The notes under the pieces: model-generated
The model's database searches: none
What the model was told of the DNA's origin: nothing
The model's input: only the letters and a program-made list of their open reading frames with translations
Shown here: positions 9,436 to 18,413 of the stretch, in pieces
Numbering within the stretch: position 1 is the stretch's first letter
Layout: each line of letters begins with the position of its first letter
Origin: an uncultured Nitrospinaceae bacterium
GTDB taxonomy: Bacteria; UBA8248
Direction of reading: 5' to 3'
NCBI GenBank assembly: GCA_964005815.1
Contig: CAXFSR010000043.1
Span: 32,001 to 96,000, forward strand
DNA length: 64,000 nucleotides
Position numbers and translations under genes: made by a program

Positions 9436-10464
9436 TTATTCAAATTCAAAATCTCCGCGTTCAGCAGCAATTCTCATAATTTCATAAACTTCTAAAACCC
9501 TTGGACCTTTGTCCTCTAAGCTAACAGTAAATGATTCTCCCTTCTCTAAAACAACCTCCCTTTCACCATCAAAAGCAATAACAGAATTAGATGACGCCTT
9601 ATATTCAAAGGGGGTTTTCATCTTGATTTTTTTAAAACTAGAAACATTGACAGGAACAACCATTCCCGGAGCTATAGGAGACATCACTCGCTTTCCATTC
9701 TTCGTCCTTCTTTTAGACATTTTCAAAAACAACCCTTCCTTTTCTTCTGGTGCGATAGATACAAAACTACACCCTATTGAGGAAAGACCAAGACTACCAG
9801 GTATACAGCAGGTCAGAGCCAAAAATTCCAATTTAGAAATATCCCACACTGCTTTGGCACCCGCATAAGATTCTCGAACAAGAGCAATATCGACAAGGGC
9901 TTTCTCTTTTTGACCTGACTTGAAAATCAATGAAAGACACTTTGTTTTTCTCACCTGAGAAGAATAAAACTTAGGGTCATTCACATAAAAACCTGCGGCA
10001 AGTCCAGCAATTGTACCTTCAATATTTTTTGGGAAAACATTATTTGTTCCAGTAGAAAGAGCAATTAAAGGAATGTCTCCACACCCTTTGGAAACAGCTC
10101 TGCTAGTTCCATCTCCACCCAATGCAATAATTGCATCTATCTTCTTTTTTTTCATTAAGGCTGCGGCTTTAATAGAATCCTCCGTGGTTCCATTAGAACT
10201 TATATCTAAAAGATGGAACTTTGTTGCTCCTTGATTTTCTACCTCTCCCCCCATCTCATCAACAACTGAGGAACCAAGAGAACCCGCATCTTTTAAAAAA
10301 TATATATTTTTTACTTTACTAGAGATTAATCCTGAAACCACTCTCTTTAATATGAGAAGTTTTTCATGATTACTGAAAGAACTAGCTAAAGAAACTATCC
10401 TCCTCACATCTTTCCCAGAATGCGGATTAGCAATAATACCAACACTGCTTTTATTTTTTTTCAT
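9436..10464 (-). CDS. ATP-NAD kinase family / acetoin catabolism protein X (AcoX-like)
   Basis: GIIANPHSGKDVRR, LGGDGTSR, STGTNNVFP, AFDGERE are characteristic of AcoX-type NAD-kinase-fold proteins. Confidence 0.82.
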   Translation of the reverse strand: MKKNKSSVGIIANPHSGKDVRRIVSLASSFSNHEKLLILKRVVSGLISSKVKNIYFLKDAGSLGSSVVDEMGGEVENQGATKFHLLDISSNGTTEDSIKAAALMKKKKIDAIIALGGDGTSRAVSKGCGDIPLIALSTGTNNVFPKNIEGTIAGLAAGFYVNDPKFYSSQVRKTKCLSLIFKSGQKEKALVDIALVRESYAGAKAVWDISKLEFLALTCCIPGSLGLSSIGCSFVSIAPEEKEGLFLKMSKRRTKNGKRVMSPIAPGMVVPVNVSSFKKIKMKTPFEYKASSNSVIAFDGEREVVLEKGESFTVSLEDKGPRVLEVYEIMRIAAERGDFEFE

Positions 10465-10575
10465 CCTACAAATCCCTTAGATCAATAATTCAAGACAAAA
10501 AGAGTCCAGAGGAAACTATAATTCAAAAGAATAAAAGAGTAGTATGAAAGAAGAATCTAAAAAAGGAAACTTTCG

Positions 10576-11910
10576 ATGAAAAAACATAAGAACTCTATTA
10601 AGAAAGATGCAATTTCAATATTTTACTCTGGCCTGAATGAATGCAAACCAAATGAAAGTTTCTCGAAACAAATAAAACTGATAAAAAATGAAAAAAATAA
10701 AGTAATCAGGATTTCAAAAACTGACTTTGCTCTATCACCCAAAGGAAAAGTGTTTGTAATTGGGGCAGGGAAAGCATCGTCTCAAATGGCTTATTCATTA
10801 GAAAAAAAAATAAAAGATGTCATATCATCGGGTATTGTTATTACTCCTTACAAACACAAGAAGAAATGCGAAAAAACCGAAGTACTTGAGGCATCACATC
10901 CTCTGCCAGACAAGAATGGAATTACCCATACAAATAAAATTATCAACCTAGTACAAAGTTGCGGGGAGAATGATCTTGTGATTTTCCTTCTTTCAGGTGG
11001 AGCCTCTTCACTTTTGGTAAAACCTGCAAATGGAATAGAACTAGAAGAAAAATCATGGTTAACACAAAAACTATTAAACTCTGGAGCTACGATCAATGAA
11101 CTGAATTGCATCCGAAAACACCTCTCGCAAATAAAAGGGGGACAGCTAGCAATTAAAACATTGCCTGCAAAATTAATCACTCTTTATATTTCAGATGTTA
11201 TTGGAAACAAACTCGATGTAATTGGCTCCGGCCCTACTTATGGAGACAACAGTTCATTTCATGATGCATATAATATTCTAATGAGTAAGGAACTGTGGGG
11301 GAAATGCCCAAAAAATATAGAAAAACATATAGAACAGGGAATGGTAGGAAAAATACAGGAAACTCCTTCACGAAAACTACTTACAAAAAACAAAACTTAT
11401 TTTTTTATGATGTCCGATCTCAATACAGCTATTACAGCATCTTCTAAAAAAGCAAAATCTTTAGGCTACAAAACAAAAATTCTTTCCAGAAACTTACATG
11501 GTGAAGCAAATGAAGTCGGAAAATATTTGTCAAAAATCGCTAAAGAAGAGAAAGACAAACGATTACTTCCTACGTGTATAATTTGTGGAGGAGAGACTAC
11601 AGTCACAGTCAATGGCAATGGAAAAGGGGGAAGATGTCAAGAACTCGCTCTAAAATTTGCAAAAGAAATTAAGGGCATTTCCAAGATTGTTTTACTTGCA
11701 TCTGGCACTGACGGTAAAGACGGCCCAACAACTTCTTCCGGTGCAATTGTTAATGGAAGAACTATAAATTCAAAAAAACTCAATATTGACTCAGACGAGG
11801 CCTTACGTAACAATAACAGCAATATATTTCTGAAATCTAGAAAATCACTTTTTAAAACCGGTCCAACAGGAACAAACGTAATGGATATTATAGTTTTACT
11901 TATAAGATAA
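10576..11910 (+). CDS. Glycerate kinase type-2 (MOFRL / TtuD family)
   Basis: GAGKAS, HPLPD, LSGGASSL, RKHLSQIKGG, GGETTV, GGRCQE, GTDGKDG, TGPTGTNVMD. Confidence 0.92.
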   Translation: MKKHKNSIKKDAISIFYSGLNECKPNESFSKQIKLIKNEKNKVIRISKTDFALSPKGKVFVIGAGKASSQMAYSLEKKIKDVISSGIVITPYKHKKKCEKTEVLEASHPLPDKNGITHTNKIINLVQSCGENDLVIFLLSGGASSLLVKPANGIELEEKSWLTQKLLNSGATINELNCIRKHLSQIKGGQLAIKTLPAKLITLYISDVIGNKLDVIGSGPTYGDNSSFHDAYNILMSKELWGKCPKNIEKHIEQGMVGKIQETPSRKLLTKNKTYFFMMSDLNTAITASSKKAKSLGYKTKILSRNLHGEANEVGKYLSKIAKEEKDKRLLPTCIICGGETTVTVNGNGKGGRCQELALKFAKEIKGISKIVLLASGTDGKDGPTTSSGAIVNGRTINSKKLNIDSDEALRNNNSNIFLKSRKSLFKTGPTGTNVMDIIVLLIR

Positions 11911-11939
11911 CTTAAAATCAGAATTGAATAGGACAGAAA

Positions 11940-12641
11940 TTGTTTAGCCGCATCCACATTAGAAATTTATTTTTTTTGCTTTTCTTTTATATTCTTATTA
12001 ATACCAGTTTTTCTTATGCACAAAATATTACTATAGCTGACTTCAATAATATTAAAATAAAAAAAGATTCAAATATCCCTCTGGGTTGGATACTTAAAAT
12101 ATGGAGAGGGAAACCTGATCTTAAGTTAATAGAAGAAAAAGAAGAAAAAATTTATCGTTTAAGAAGCAAGGCATCAGCAATCTCAATATACAAAGAAATT
12201 AAATTAGATGTACAAAAATCTCCTATTTTAGAATGGACCTGGAAAGCTACAAAAATACCAGAAAGAGGGTCTGCTAAACATTATTCTAAAGACGATCAAG
12301 CAATAGGAATTTATGTTGTTTTCCCAAGATTTCCTAGCATGTTAAATAGTAGACTTATTGCATATATTTGGGATTCTAATGTACCAAAAGGAAAGATTTT
12401 CAGAAGCCGAAAACAACTCATGGTTCACTACATTGTTGTTAGAAGCGGAAAGAAAGATTTGAAAAAGTGGATTACTGAAAGGAGAAACGTTTTTGAAGAT
12501 TACAAGAAGATCTTCTCTTCATCTCCTCCTAAGATAGGAGGTATTTCGATAATGATTGACTCTGACGACACGGATGATTCTGCTGAAAGTTTTATAAAGA
12601 AAATCGCTTTCAAGGCATTATCATCCAAAAAAAGTAATTAA
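11940..12641 (+). CDS. DUF3047 domain exported protein
   Basis: Signal-peptide-like N-terminus; P.LEWTWK, DD.A..IYVVF, YIWD, W..E.RNV.EDY, IMIDSDDT. Confidence 0.8.
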   Translation: MFSRIHIRNLFFLLFFYILINTSFSYAQNITIADFNNIKIKKDSNIPLGWILKIWRGKPDLKLIEEKEEKIYRLRSKASAISIYKEIKLDVQKSPILEWTWKATKIPERGSAKHYSKDDQAIGIYVVFPRFPSMLNSRLIAYIWDSNVPKGKIFRSRKQLMVHYIVVRSGKKDLKKWITERRNVFEDYKKIFSSSPPKIGGISIMIDSDDTDDSAESFIKKIAFKALSSKKSN

Positions 12642-12673
12642 AAGAACCTTTTCTAAAAAATAAATGAGAATCT

Positions 12674-13591
12674 ATGTTAATAGGGATAGATATAGGAGGA
12701 ACGAATCTAAAATCGGCAATTTTCAAGTTATCCGGGGAAATTGTTAATAAAAAGATTTTCAAAACTGCGGAAACCGAAATAGAAAAAAATCTAACAAAAT
12801 TTATAACTCAATCAAAAATTAAGTTTGCAAGAAAAAAGAACATATTTGGCATAGGAATTTCTGTAGCAGGACTATTGAACAAAAACAAGAAACTCGTTAA
12901 TTCTCCCAATCTGCCTAATTTTAAATTTTCTAAATTCATGCAATTTCTAAAAGGAGAATTCCCTAATGTTCCTATTAGTATCATGAACGATGCAAACGCT
13001 GCTGCAATAGGAGAGCATTCCATTGGATTCAAAAAAAAATACAGCAGTATATTTCTTCTTACTCTGGGAACTGGAATAGGCGGCGCTTTCATTAACAATC
13101 ATTCTTTATGGGAAGGGAACTTTGGAACAGCTTCAGAAATAGGCCATACCTGTATAAAAGCAAATGGAAATTTATGTAATTGTGGAGTTAAAGGTTGTTT
13201 AGAATCATATTTCTCAGGATGGGCAATCAAAAAAAGAGCAGAAACATTTGCGAAACTTTATCCGAAAAGTAAAATTGGCAAACTAGAAAAGATTACCCCC
13301 TTAGAAATCTCAAATCTTTGCAGGCTCGGAGATAAAAGAAGTAAGGAGATATTTAAAGAATCTGGAGTTTATTTAGGCATTGCTATGAGCAATATCATAA
13401 ACCTTATAAATCCAGAAACAATTATTCTAACTGGAGGATTAACTAAAGCTAGAAAGTATTTCCTTCCCTATTCCCTTCAAAAATGCGAAGAGCTATCCTT
13501 AGACGGTCTATTCAAAAAGACTAAAATCAATATAGGCAAACTTGGAATCTGGTCTGGCACCTATGGTTCTATCCAAACTTTCGTAAAATAA
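12674..13591 (+). CDS. ROK family sugar kinase (glucokinase-like)
   Basis: GIDIGGT, NDANAAAIGE, LGTGIGG, EIGH, CNCGVKGCLE Zn motif; no N-terminal HTH. Confidence 0.88.
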   Translation: MLIGIDIGGTNLKSAIFKLSGEIVNKKIFKTAETEIEKNLTKFITQSKIKFARKKNIFGIGISVAGLLNKNKKLVNSPNLPNFKFSKFMQFLKGEFPNVPISIMNDANAAAIGEHSIGFKKKYSSIFLLTLGTGIGGAFINNHSLWEGNFGTASEIGHTCIKANGNLCNCGVKGCLESYFSGWAIKKRAETFAKLYPKSKIGKLEKITPLEISNLCRLGDKRSKEIFKESGVYLGIAMSNIINLINPETIILTGGLTKARKYFLPYSLQKCEELSLDGLFKKTKINIGKLGIWSGTYGSIQTFVK

Positions 13592-13603
13592 TACAAAATT
13601 TAG

Positions 13604-13632
13604 TTGACAGATTAACAATGTTAATCTATGGT
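13604..13632 (+). promoter_or_regulatory. Sigma70-type promoter of the DtxR-hemP-Fe3+ ABC operon
   Basis: TTGACA (13604-13609), 17-nt spacer, TATGGT (13627-13632). Confidence 0.75.
13609..13627. promoter_or_regulatory. Perfect 19-bp palindromic operator candidate (9-1-9)
   Basis: AGATTAACA-A-TGTTAATCT fills the promoter spacer upstream of a DtxR-family gene; DtxR/IdeR operators are 19-bp palindromes. Confidence 0.7.
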
Positions 13633-13671
13633 TAACTTTCTTAATTATGATTAACATACTAGAAGGTACTT

Positions 13672-13707
13672 ATGACAAAAAGATTAATGACTAAAAGACT
13701 CATGACT
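13672..13707 (+). repeat. Imperfect 15-bp tandem repeat at the start of the DtxR gene
   Basis: atgacaaaaagatta atgactaaaagactc atgact encodes MTKRL-MTKRL-MT. Confidence 0.6.
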
Positions 13708-14211
13708 GAGAAGAAAATCCTTACTCCCAGCTTGGAACATTATCTTCGAACAATTCACGAACTACAAAAAGAAAAAGGATATGCACGCGTAACTGATGTT
13801 GCTGAAAAATTAAAAGTTGCCAAACCCGCTGTCTCAAATGCTTTAAAAAAACTAATTGCCAATAAACTTGTAGACCATAAAATATACGAAAGTATACTCC
13901 TAACAAAAAAAGGTGAGGAACAAGCAATCAATGTTTCTGGAAAATTTTCTATATTGGTTAATTTCTTGACAGAAATTTTAGGTGTAAATGAAGAAAAAGC
14001 ATTTTTAGACGCTTGTCTTATGGAACACTATGTAAGCCCTACTTCCCTAAATCGCTTCCTTGATCTTTTACGTTTCTTTGAATCAAAAGAAAACAGTGAA
14101 TTACTAGAGATATTTAAAAAATATCAAAGAGATTGTGAAAGTGACGACAACTGTCCTTCATGTAGTTTTCACTGTGATGTAAGTACAAATGAGGAGTATA
14201 GATTAATATGA
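13672..14211 (+). CDS. DtxR/MntR family metal-dependent transcriptional regulator with C-terminal Cys4 motif
   Basis: SLEHYLRTI, wHTH ARVTDVAEKLKVAKPAVS, LTKKG, DACLMEH; tail CESDDNCPSCSFHC; no FeoA domain. Confidence 0.9.
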   Translation: MTKRLMTKRLMTEKKILTPSLEHYLRTIHELQKEKGYARVTDVAEKLKVAKPAVSNALKKLIANKLVDHKIYESILLTKKGEEQAINVSGKFSILVNFLTEILGVNEEKAFLDACLMEHYVSPTSLNRFLDLLRFFESKENSELLEIFKKYQRDCESDDNCPSCSFHCDVSTNEEYRLI

Positions 14212-14393
14212 ACAAGGACAATAAAGTAACTGCTGTCTCCCTCGGCATAGGGTTTCAATATAATAACGATATTCAAATTGAATCTTCCGAACTCTTTGCT
14301 AACACAAGTGCAGATTCAGTGAAAATTAAGCATTTGAATGAGAATTATGTTTTGGAGAAGACAAAAAACGGAAAACTAATCCTAAAGAAATAA
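14208..14393 (+). CDS. hemP: Hemin uptake protein HemP/HmuP family
   Basis: 61 aa with SSELF...IKH...YVLEKTKNGKLILKK, the C-terminal HemP signature; ATGA overlap with the regulator stop. Confidence 0.8.
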   Translation: MNKDNKVTAVSLGIGFQYNNDIQIESSELFANTSADSVKIKHLNENYVLEKTKNGKLILKK

Positions 14394-14496
14394 TTTCTAT
14401 TTACAATACACCTGCAAGAGTCTCAATTCAGCTAATTATACGCAGCCAAATTTGAGAGGAAGGCTATATCACTAACCTCTTAAGAAGGAAATAAAG

Positions 14497-15534
14497 ATGA
14501 ACAGTTTTACAAAAAAAGTTGCAATTGTTTTCATGTCAATCTTAGTTGCAGTATCGTCATTTGCGGCAAATAAAGCTATGGCAGGCAAAGAAGTAAACCT
14601 ATATTCTTATCGCCAACCATTTCTCATTATGCCACTCCTTAACGAATTCAATAAACAAACTGGAATCGTTACAAACGTTGTTTATGCTAAAAAAGGGATG
14701 CTCCAGAAAATCAAGGCAAAACCTGGTTCTGCTGATGCAGTATTAACTGTAGATATCAGTAGACTTAGCAAACTTGAAAAAGCAGGACTTTTACAGCCAA
14801 TCAAATCTTCTATATTAAACAGAAATATCCCATCTGAATATCGTCATCCTAAGGGATTTTGGTATGGATTAACTACAAGAGCTCGTATCGTTTATGCAAG
14901 TAAAGAAAGAGTAAAAAAAGGGGCTATTAAAAATTATGAAGATTTAGCAGACCCAAAATGGAAAGGCAAGATATGCATACGTTCTGGAAAACATGCTTAC
15001 AACCTTTCCCTATTCGCATCAATAATGAATGCTCATGGCAGTACTGTTGCAGAAAAATGGCTAAGAGGACTACATTCGAATTTAGCCAGAAAACCTCAAG
15101 GTAACGACAGAGCACAAGTAAAAGGAATTTATTCTGGTGTTTGCGACCTAGCAATTGGAAATACTTACTACATGGGGAAAATGCAAACCAACAAGAAAAA
15201 ACCTGTTCAGAAAAAATGGGCTAAATCTGTATATTTAGTATTCCCAAATCAAGGAAACAGAGGAACTCATGTAAATATCAGTGGTGCTGCAGTAACAAAA
15301 AGTGCAAAAAACAAAGGAAACGCAATTAAATTAATTGAATTCTTAAGTGGAAAATTTGCACAAGAGATGTATGCACATCAAAACTTTGAGTATCCAGTTA
15401 AAAGCGGAATCAAAATTCACCCTCTTGTTGAGTCTTGGGGTAGTTTTCAGGCTGATAACGTCAAACTCTCAAAGATTGCTGAGTTACGAAGTTCTGCTTC
15501 GAAATTGGTAGACAAAGTCAATTTCAACAAGTAG
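14497..15534 (+). CDS. Fe(3+) ABC transporter substrate-binding protein (FutA/IdiA/FbpA type)
   Basis: Signal peptide; VNLYSYRQ, LTVD, WYGLTTRAR, YEDLADPKWKGKICIRSG, GNDRAQ, GNTYY (tandem Tyr iron ligands), NFEYP. Confidence 0.92.
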   Translation: MNSFTKKVAIVFMSILVAVSSFAANKAMAGKEVNLYSYRQPFLIMPLLNEFNKQTGIVTNVVYAKKGMLQKIKAKPGSADAVLTVDISRLSKLEKAGLLQPIKSSILNRNIPSEYRHPKGFWYGLTTRARIVYASKERVKKGAIKNYEDLADPKWKGKICIRSGKHAYNLSLFASIMNAHGSTVAEKWLRGLHSNLARKPQGNDRAQVKGIYSGVCDLAIGNTYYMGKMQTNKKKPVQKKWAKSVYLVFPNQGNRGTHVNISGAAVTKSAKNKGNAIKLIEFLSGKFAQEMYAHQNFEYPVKSGIKIHPLVESWGSFQADNVKLSKIAELRSSASKLVDKVNFNK

Positions 15535-15546
15535 TCACTGTTTTAT

Positions 15547-15592
15547 AAATCGGCAGCTAATTTTCTAAAATCTTTTAGCTGCCGATTTTTTT
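15547..15592 (+). terminator. Rho-independent terminator or stabilising hairpin after the binding-protein gene
   Basis: 14-bp inverted repeat AAATCGGCAGCTAA / TTAGCTGCCGATTT followed by a T-run. Confidence 0.8.
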
Positions 15593-15677
15593 GCTTTAAA
15601 TAGTCCTTACGTGGCGCATTTTTTTACTTGCCAGTCCTCCATGCGCTTCATGGGGACACCAAAATGAGAAGCAGGAA

Positions 15678-17309
15678 ATGCAAACGAAAAAATTTGATTT
15701 TCCTATTTTACTGATCACCCTAATGATTGCCGGTCCAATCATTGCCATTTTATGGTTAGCTACCTTTCCAAGCGACGATATCTGGAAACATCTCATTGAC
15801 ACCGTACTCTTTCGTTATACTTATACAACTTTCTTTTTAATGATTGGCGTGGGGATAGGAACTCTTTTAATAGGGGTCTCATCTGCTTGGATCGTAACTT
15901 GCTGTGAATTTACTGGAAGAAAAGTATTTGAGTGGTCCTTATTACTTCCAATGGCTATCCCTGCATATATCATAGCGTTTATCTATACAGATCTATTAGA
16001 GTATAGTGGTTCTATACAAGAATCTTTACGATTACTTTTTTCATGGAAATCTCCTTCAGAATATTGGTTCCCCGAGATTCGTTCTCTATGGGGTGCAATT
16101 TTCATGATGACTTTTGTTCTCTATCCATATGTTTACTTACTTTCAAGAGTTTCTTTTTCTGAACAATCATCTTCTATCATAGACATAAGCAGAACCCTTG
16201 GCAGAGGTCCCTGGGATACTTTTTTTAGAATATCCATGCCCCTAGCAAGACCATCAATGGCTATCGGTGTTTCTCTTGTTCTAATGGAAGTTTTAAACGA
16301 TTTCGGGACAGTTGATTTTTTTGCAATCGAGACATTTACAGCTGGAATCTATGACGTTTGGATGAATATGGATAGTATATCTGGAGCGAGTCAATTATCT
16401 GTAGTCCTTTTAATTTTTGTTTTATTCCTCCTTTTCACCGAAAAATGGGGCAGAAGGAAACAAAATTTCTCAAACAACACAAAAACTAAGAAACCTATAA
16501 GAAGATATCAGTTGCAAGGTTACAAAAATTTTATCTCTTTCTTTGTATGCATTACTCCCATTTTTTTTGGTTTTATTCTTCCATGCCTAGTCCTAACCAG
16601 AGACAGCTTAATCTTTTACGATTTAGGGAACAATTTTGAATTTTTAAAAACTATGTCGAACAGTTTTATCCTATCATCTCTATCCGCAATAACTGCTACC
16701 ATCATTGCGATCTTTCTTGGATATGGACAAAGGATAAGAAAAAATAGATTGGTCAGAGGATTTATCAGATTCTCCTCAATAGGGTATGCAATCCCTGGCT
16801 CTGTACTAGCCGTAGGTGTAATTATCTCATTTGGAAAAGTAGATGAGTTTTTAAATTTTATTTTTGGAATGACTACTGAGATTTCACTAAGCGGCACACT
16901 AGTAGTAATTATCTATGCTTATTCTGTTCGTTTCCTTGCTCTTTCATTCGGTTCTATAGAGTCTAGTCTATCAAAGGTCACTCCTAATATGGATTTCGCA
17001 TCTAGAACTCTTGGAATGAATTCTAGAAACACTCTTTTTAAAGTGCACATTCCTATAATAAAAAAAGGAGTGCTTGCATCTGCAATACTTGTTTTTGTAG
17101 ATTGCATGAAAGAGTTGCCAATGACTTTAATACTTCGCCCCTTTAATTTTGAGACTCTTTCAACGAATGTTTATCAATTTGCATCAGATGAGTTATTTGA
17201 AGAAAGTGCTTTAAGTGCACTGGCAATTGTGCTAACAGGCGTGATTCCAATAATCATTCTTAGTAATATTATAAGTTCTGGAAACAATGAAATTGGAGAA
17301 GAAATCTAA
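15678..17309 (+). CDS. Fe(3+) ABC transporter permease (FutB/FbpB type)
   Basis: Duplicated permease domains; PMAIPAYI, LYPYVYL, MEVLNDFGTV, GYAIPGSV, KELPMTLILRPFNFETL. Confidence 0.92.
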   Translation: MQTKKFDFPILLITLMIAGPIIAILWLATFPSDDIWKHLIDTVLFRYTYTTFFLMIGVGIGTLLIGVSSAWIVTCCEFTGRKVFEWSLLLPMAIPAYIIAFIYTDLLEYSGSIQESLRLLFSWKSPSEYWFPEIRSLWGAIFMMTFVLYPYVYLLSRVSFSEQSSSIIDISRTLGRGPWDTFFRISMPLARPSMAIGVSLVLMEVLNDFGTVDFFAIETFTAGIYDVWMNMDSISGASQLSVVLLIFVLFLLFTEKWGRRKQNFSNNTKTKKPIRRYQLQGYKNFISFFVCITPIFFGFILPCLVLTRDSLIFYDLGNNFEFLKTMSNSFILSSLSAITATIIAIFLGYGQRIRKNRLVRGFIRFSSIGYAIPGSVLAVGVIISFGKVDEFLNFIFGMTTEISLSGTLVVIIYAYSVRFLALSFGSIESSLSKVTPNMDFASRTLGMNSRNTLFKVHIPIIKKGVLASAILVFVDCMKELPMTLILRPFNFETLSTNVYQFASDELFEESALSALAIVLTGVIPIIILSNIISSGNNEIGEEI

Positions 17310-18373
17310 TGTCATACCTTTCAATAAACAATATTGATTTTTCATATGAAACAAAAAAAGTCATCAATTCTATTTCTCTTCAAATAAAACAAGGAGAAAT
17401 CACATGTCTCCTTGGGCCATCTGGCTGCGGTAAAACTACTTTGTTGCAATTAATTGCTGGCTTAGAAGAAATAGATATGGGAACAATCAAAATAGACGGA
17501 AAAATAATTTCAGACAAAAGAACCAAATTGCACATTCCTCCGGAAAAAAGAGAAACAGGAATCATGTTCCAAGACTATGCACTTTTTCCACATCTAACAG
17601 TTAAAGAAAATATTTTTTTTGGAGTTCAGAATCCTACAGAACAACAAAAATCAGAAATACTTTCATTGATGTCTATGGCAAAAATTGACGAATTTCAAAA
17701 TCGTTTTCCCCATACGCTTTCAGGTGGACAACAACAGAGAATCGCTTTAATCAGAGCTCTTGCAAGGAAACCAAAACTTATACTTTTAGACGAGCCATTT
17801 TCTGGATTAGACATAAGCTTGAGGAGTGAAATAAGGGAACAAACTATTGCTATACTCAAATCATTAGAGGTAACTACAATTATAGTGACTCACGATCCTC
17901 AAGAAGCACTTCAAACTGCAGATAAGGTTCATATTATGAGGAATGGAAGAATTGAACAATCTGGTTCACCTAGAGAAATATATCAATTTCCTGCCAATGA
18001 TTTTATTGCTCGTTTTATAGGAGAAACTAATATTTTATCTGGAATAGTTTTAGAACCAGGATATGATGAAGTCATGACAAATATCGGTTCAATACCCTGT
18101 CTTTCTATGAGAAACTTGGATTTTGGAACAGATGCATTTATTTCTATAAGGCCAGAAAGCTTTGCACTTGATGAACGAGGAGAATTTGAAGCTAGAACTG
18201 AAAAAATACAATATGCGGGAACACATCTTTTACTAGAAGTAACCTTGTTAAATGAAGTTGGGAACGGCCAACAACTCAAAATTCACACCCACCCAAATGC
18301 AAGAGTTAACGTAGGAGAAATCATAAGATTTAGAGTTGTTCCAGATTTTGTAACAGTCATTGAAGATGCTTGA
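17309..18373 (+). CDS. Fe(3+) ABC transporter ATP-binding protein (FbpC/FutC type)
   Basis: GPSGCGKT, FQDYALFPH, LSGGQQQR, LLDEPFS, C-terminal TOBE-like region. Confidence 0.92.
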   Translation: MSYLSINNIDFSYETKKVINSISLQIKQGEITCLLGPSGCGKTTLLQLIAGLEEIDMGTIKIDGKIISDKRTKLHIPPEKRETGIMFQDYALFPHLTVKENIFFGVQNPTEQQKSEILSLMSMAKIDEFQNRFPHTLSGGQQQRIALIRALARKPKLILLDEPFSGLDISLRSEIREQTIAILKSLEVTTIIVTHDPQEALQTADKVHIMRNGRIEQSGSPREIYQFPANDFIARFIGETNILSGIVLEPGYDEVMTNIGSIPCLSMRNLDFGTDAFISIRPESFALDERGEFEARTEKIQYAGTHLLLEVTLLNEVGNGQQLKIHTHPNARVNVGEIIRFRVVPDFVTVIEDA

Positions 18374-18413
18374 AACAGAAACAAAAAAGATCTCTTTCTT
18401 TATAATCCTAGCA

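Noticed and set aside
14134..14175. c-type heme motif in the DtxR tail
   Set aside because: The sequence is CPSCSFH, not CxxCH, and the protein is cytoplasmic
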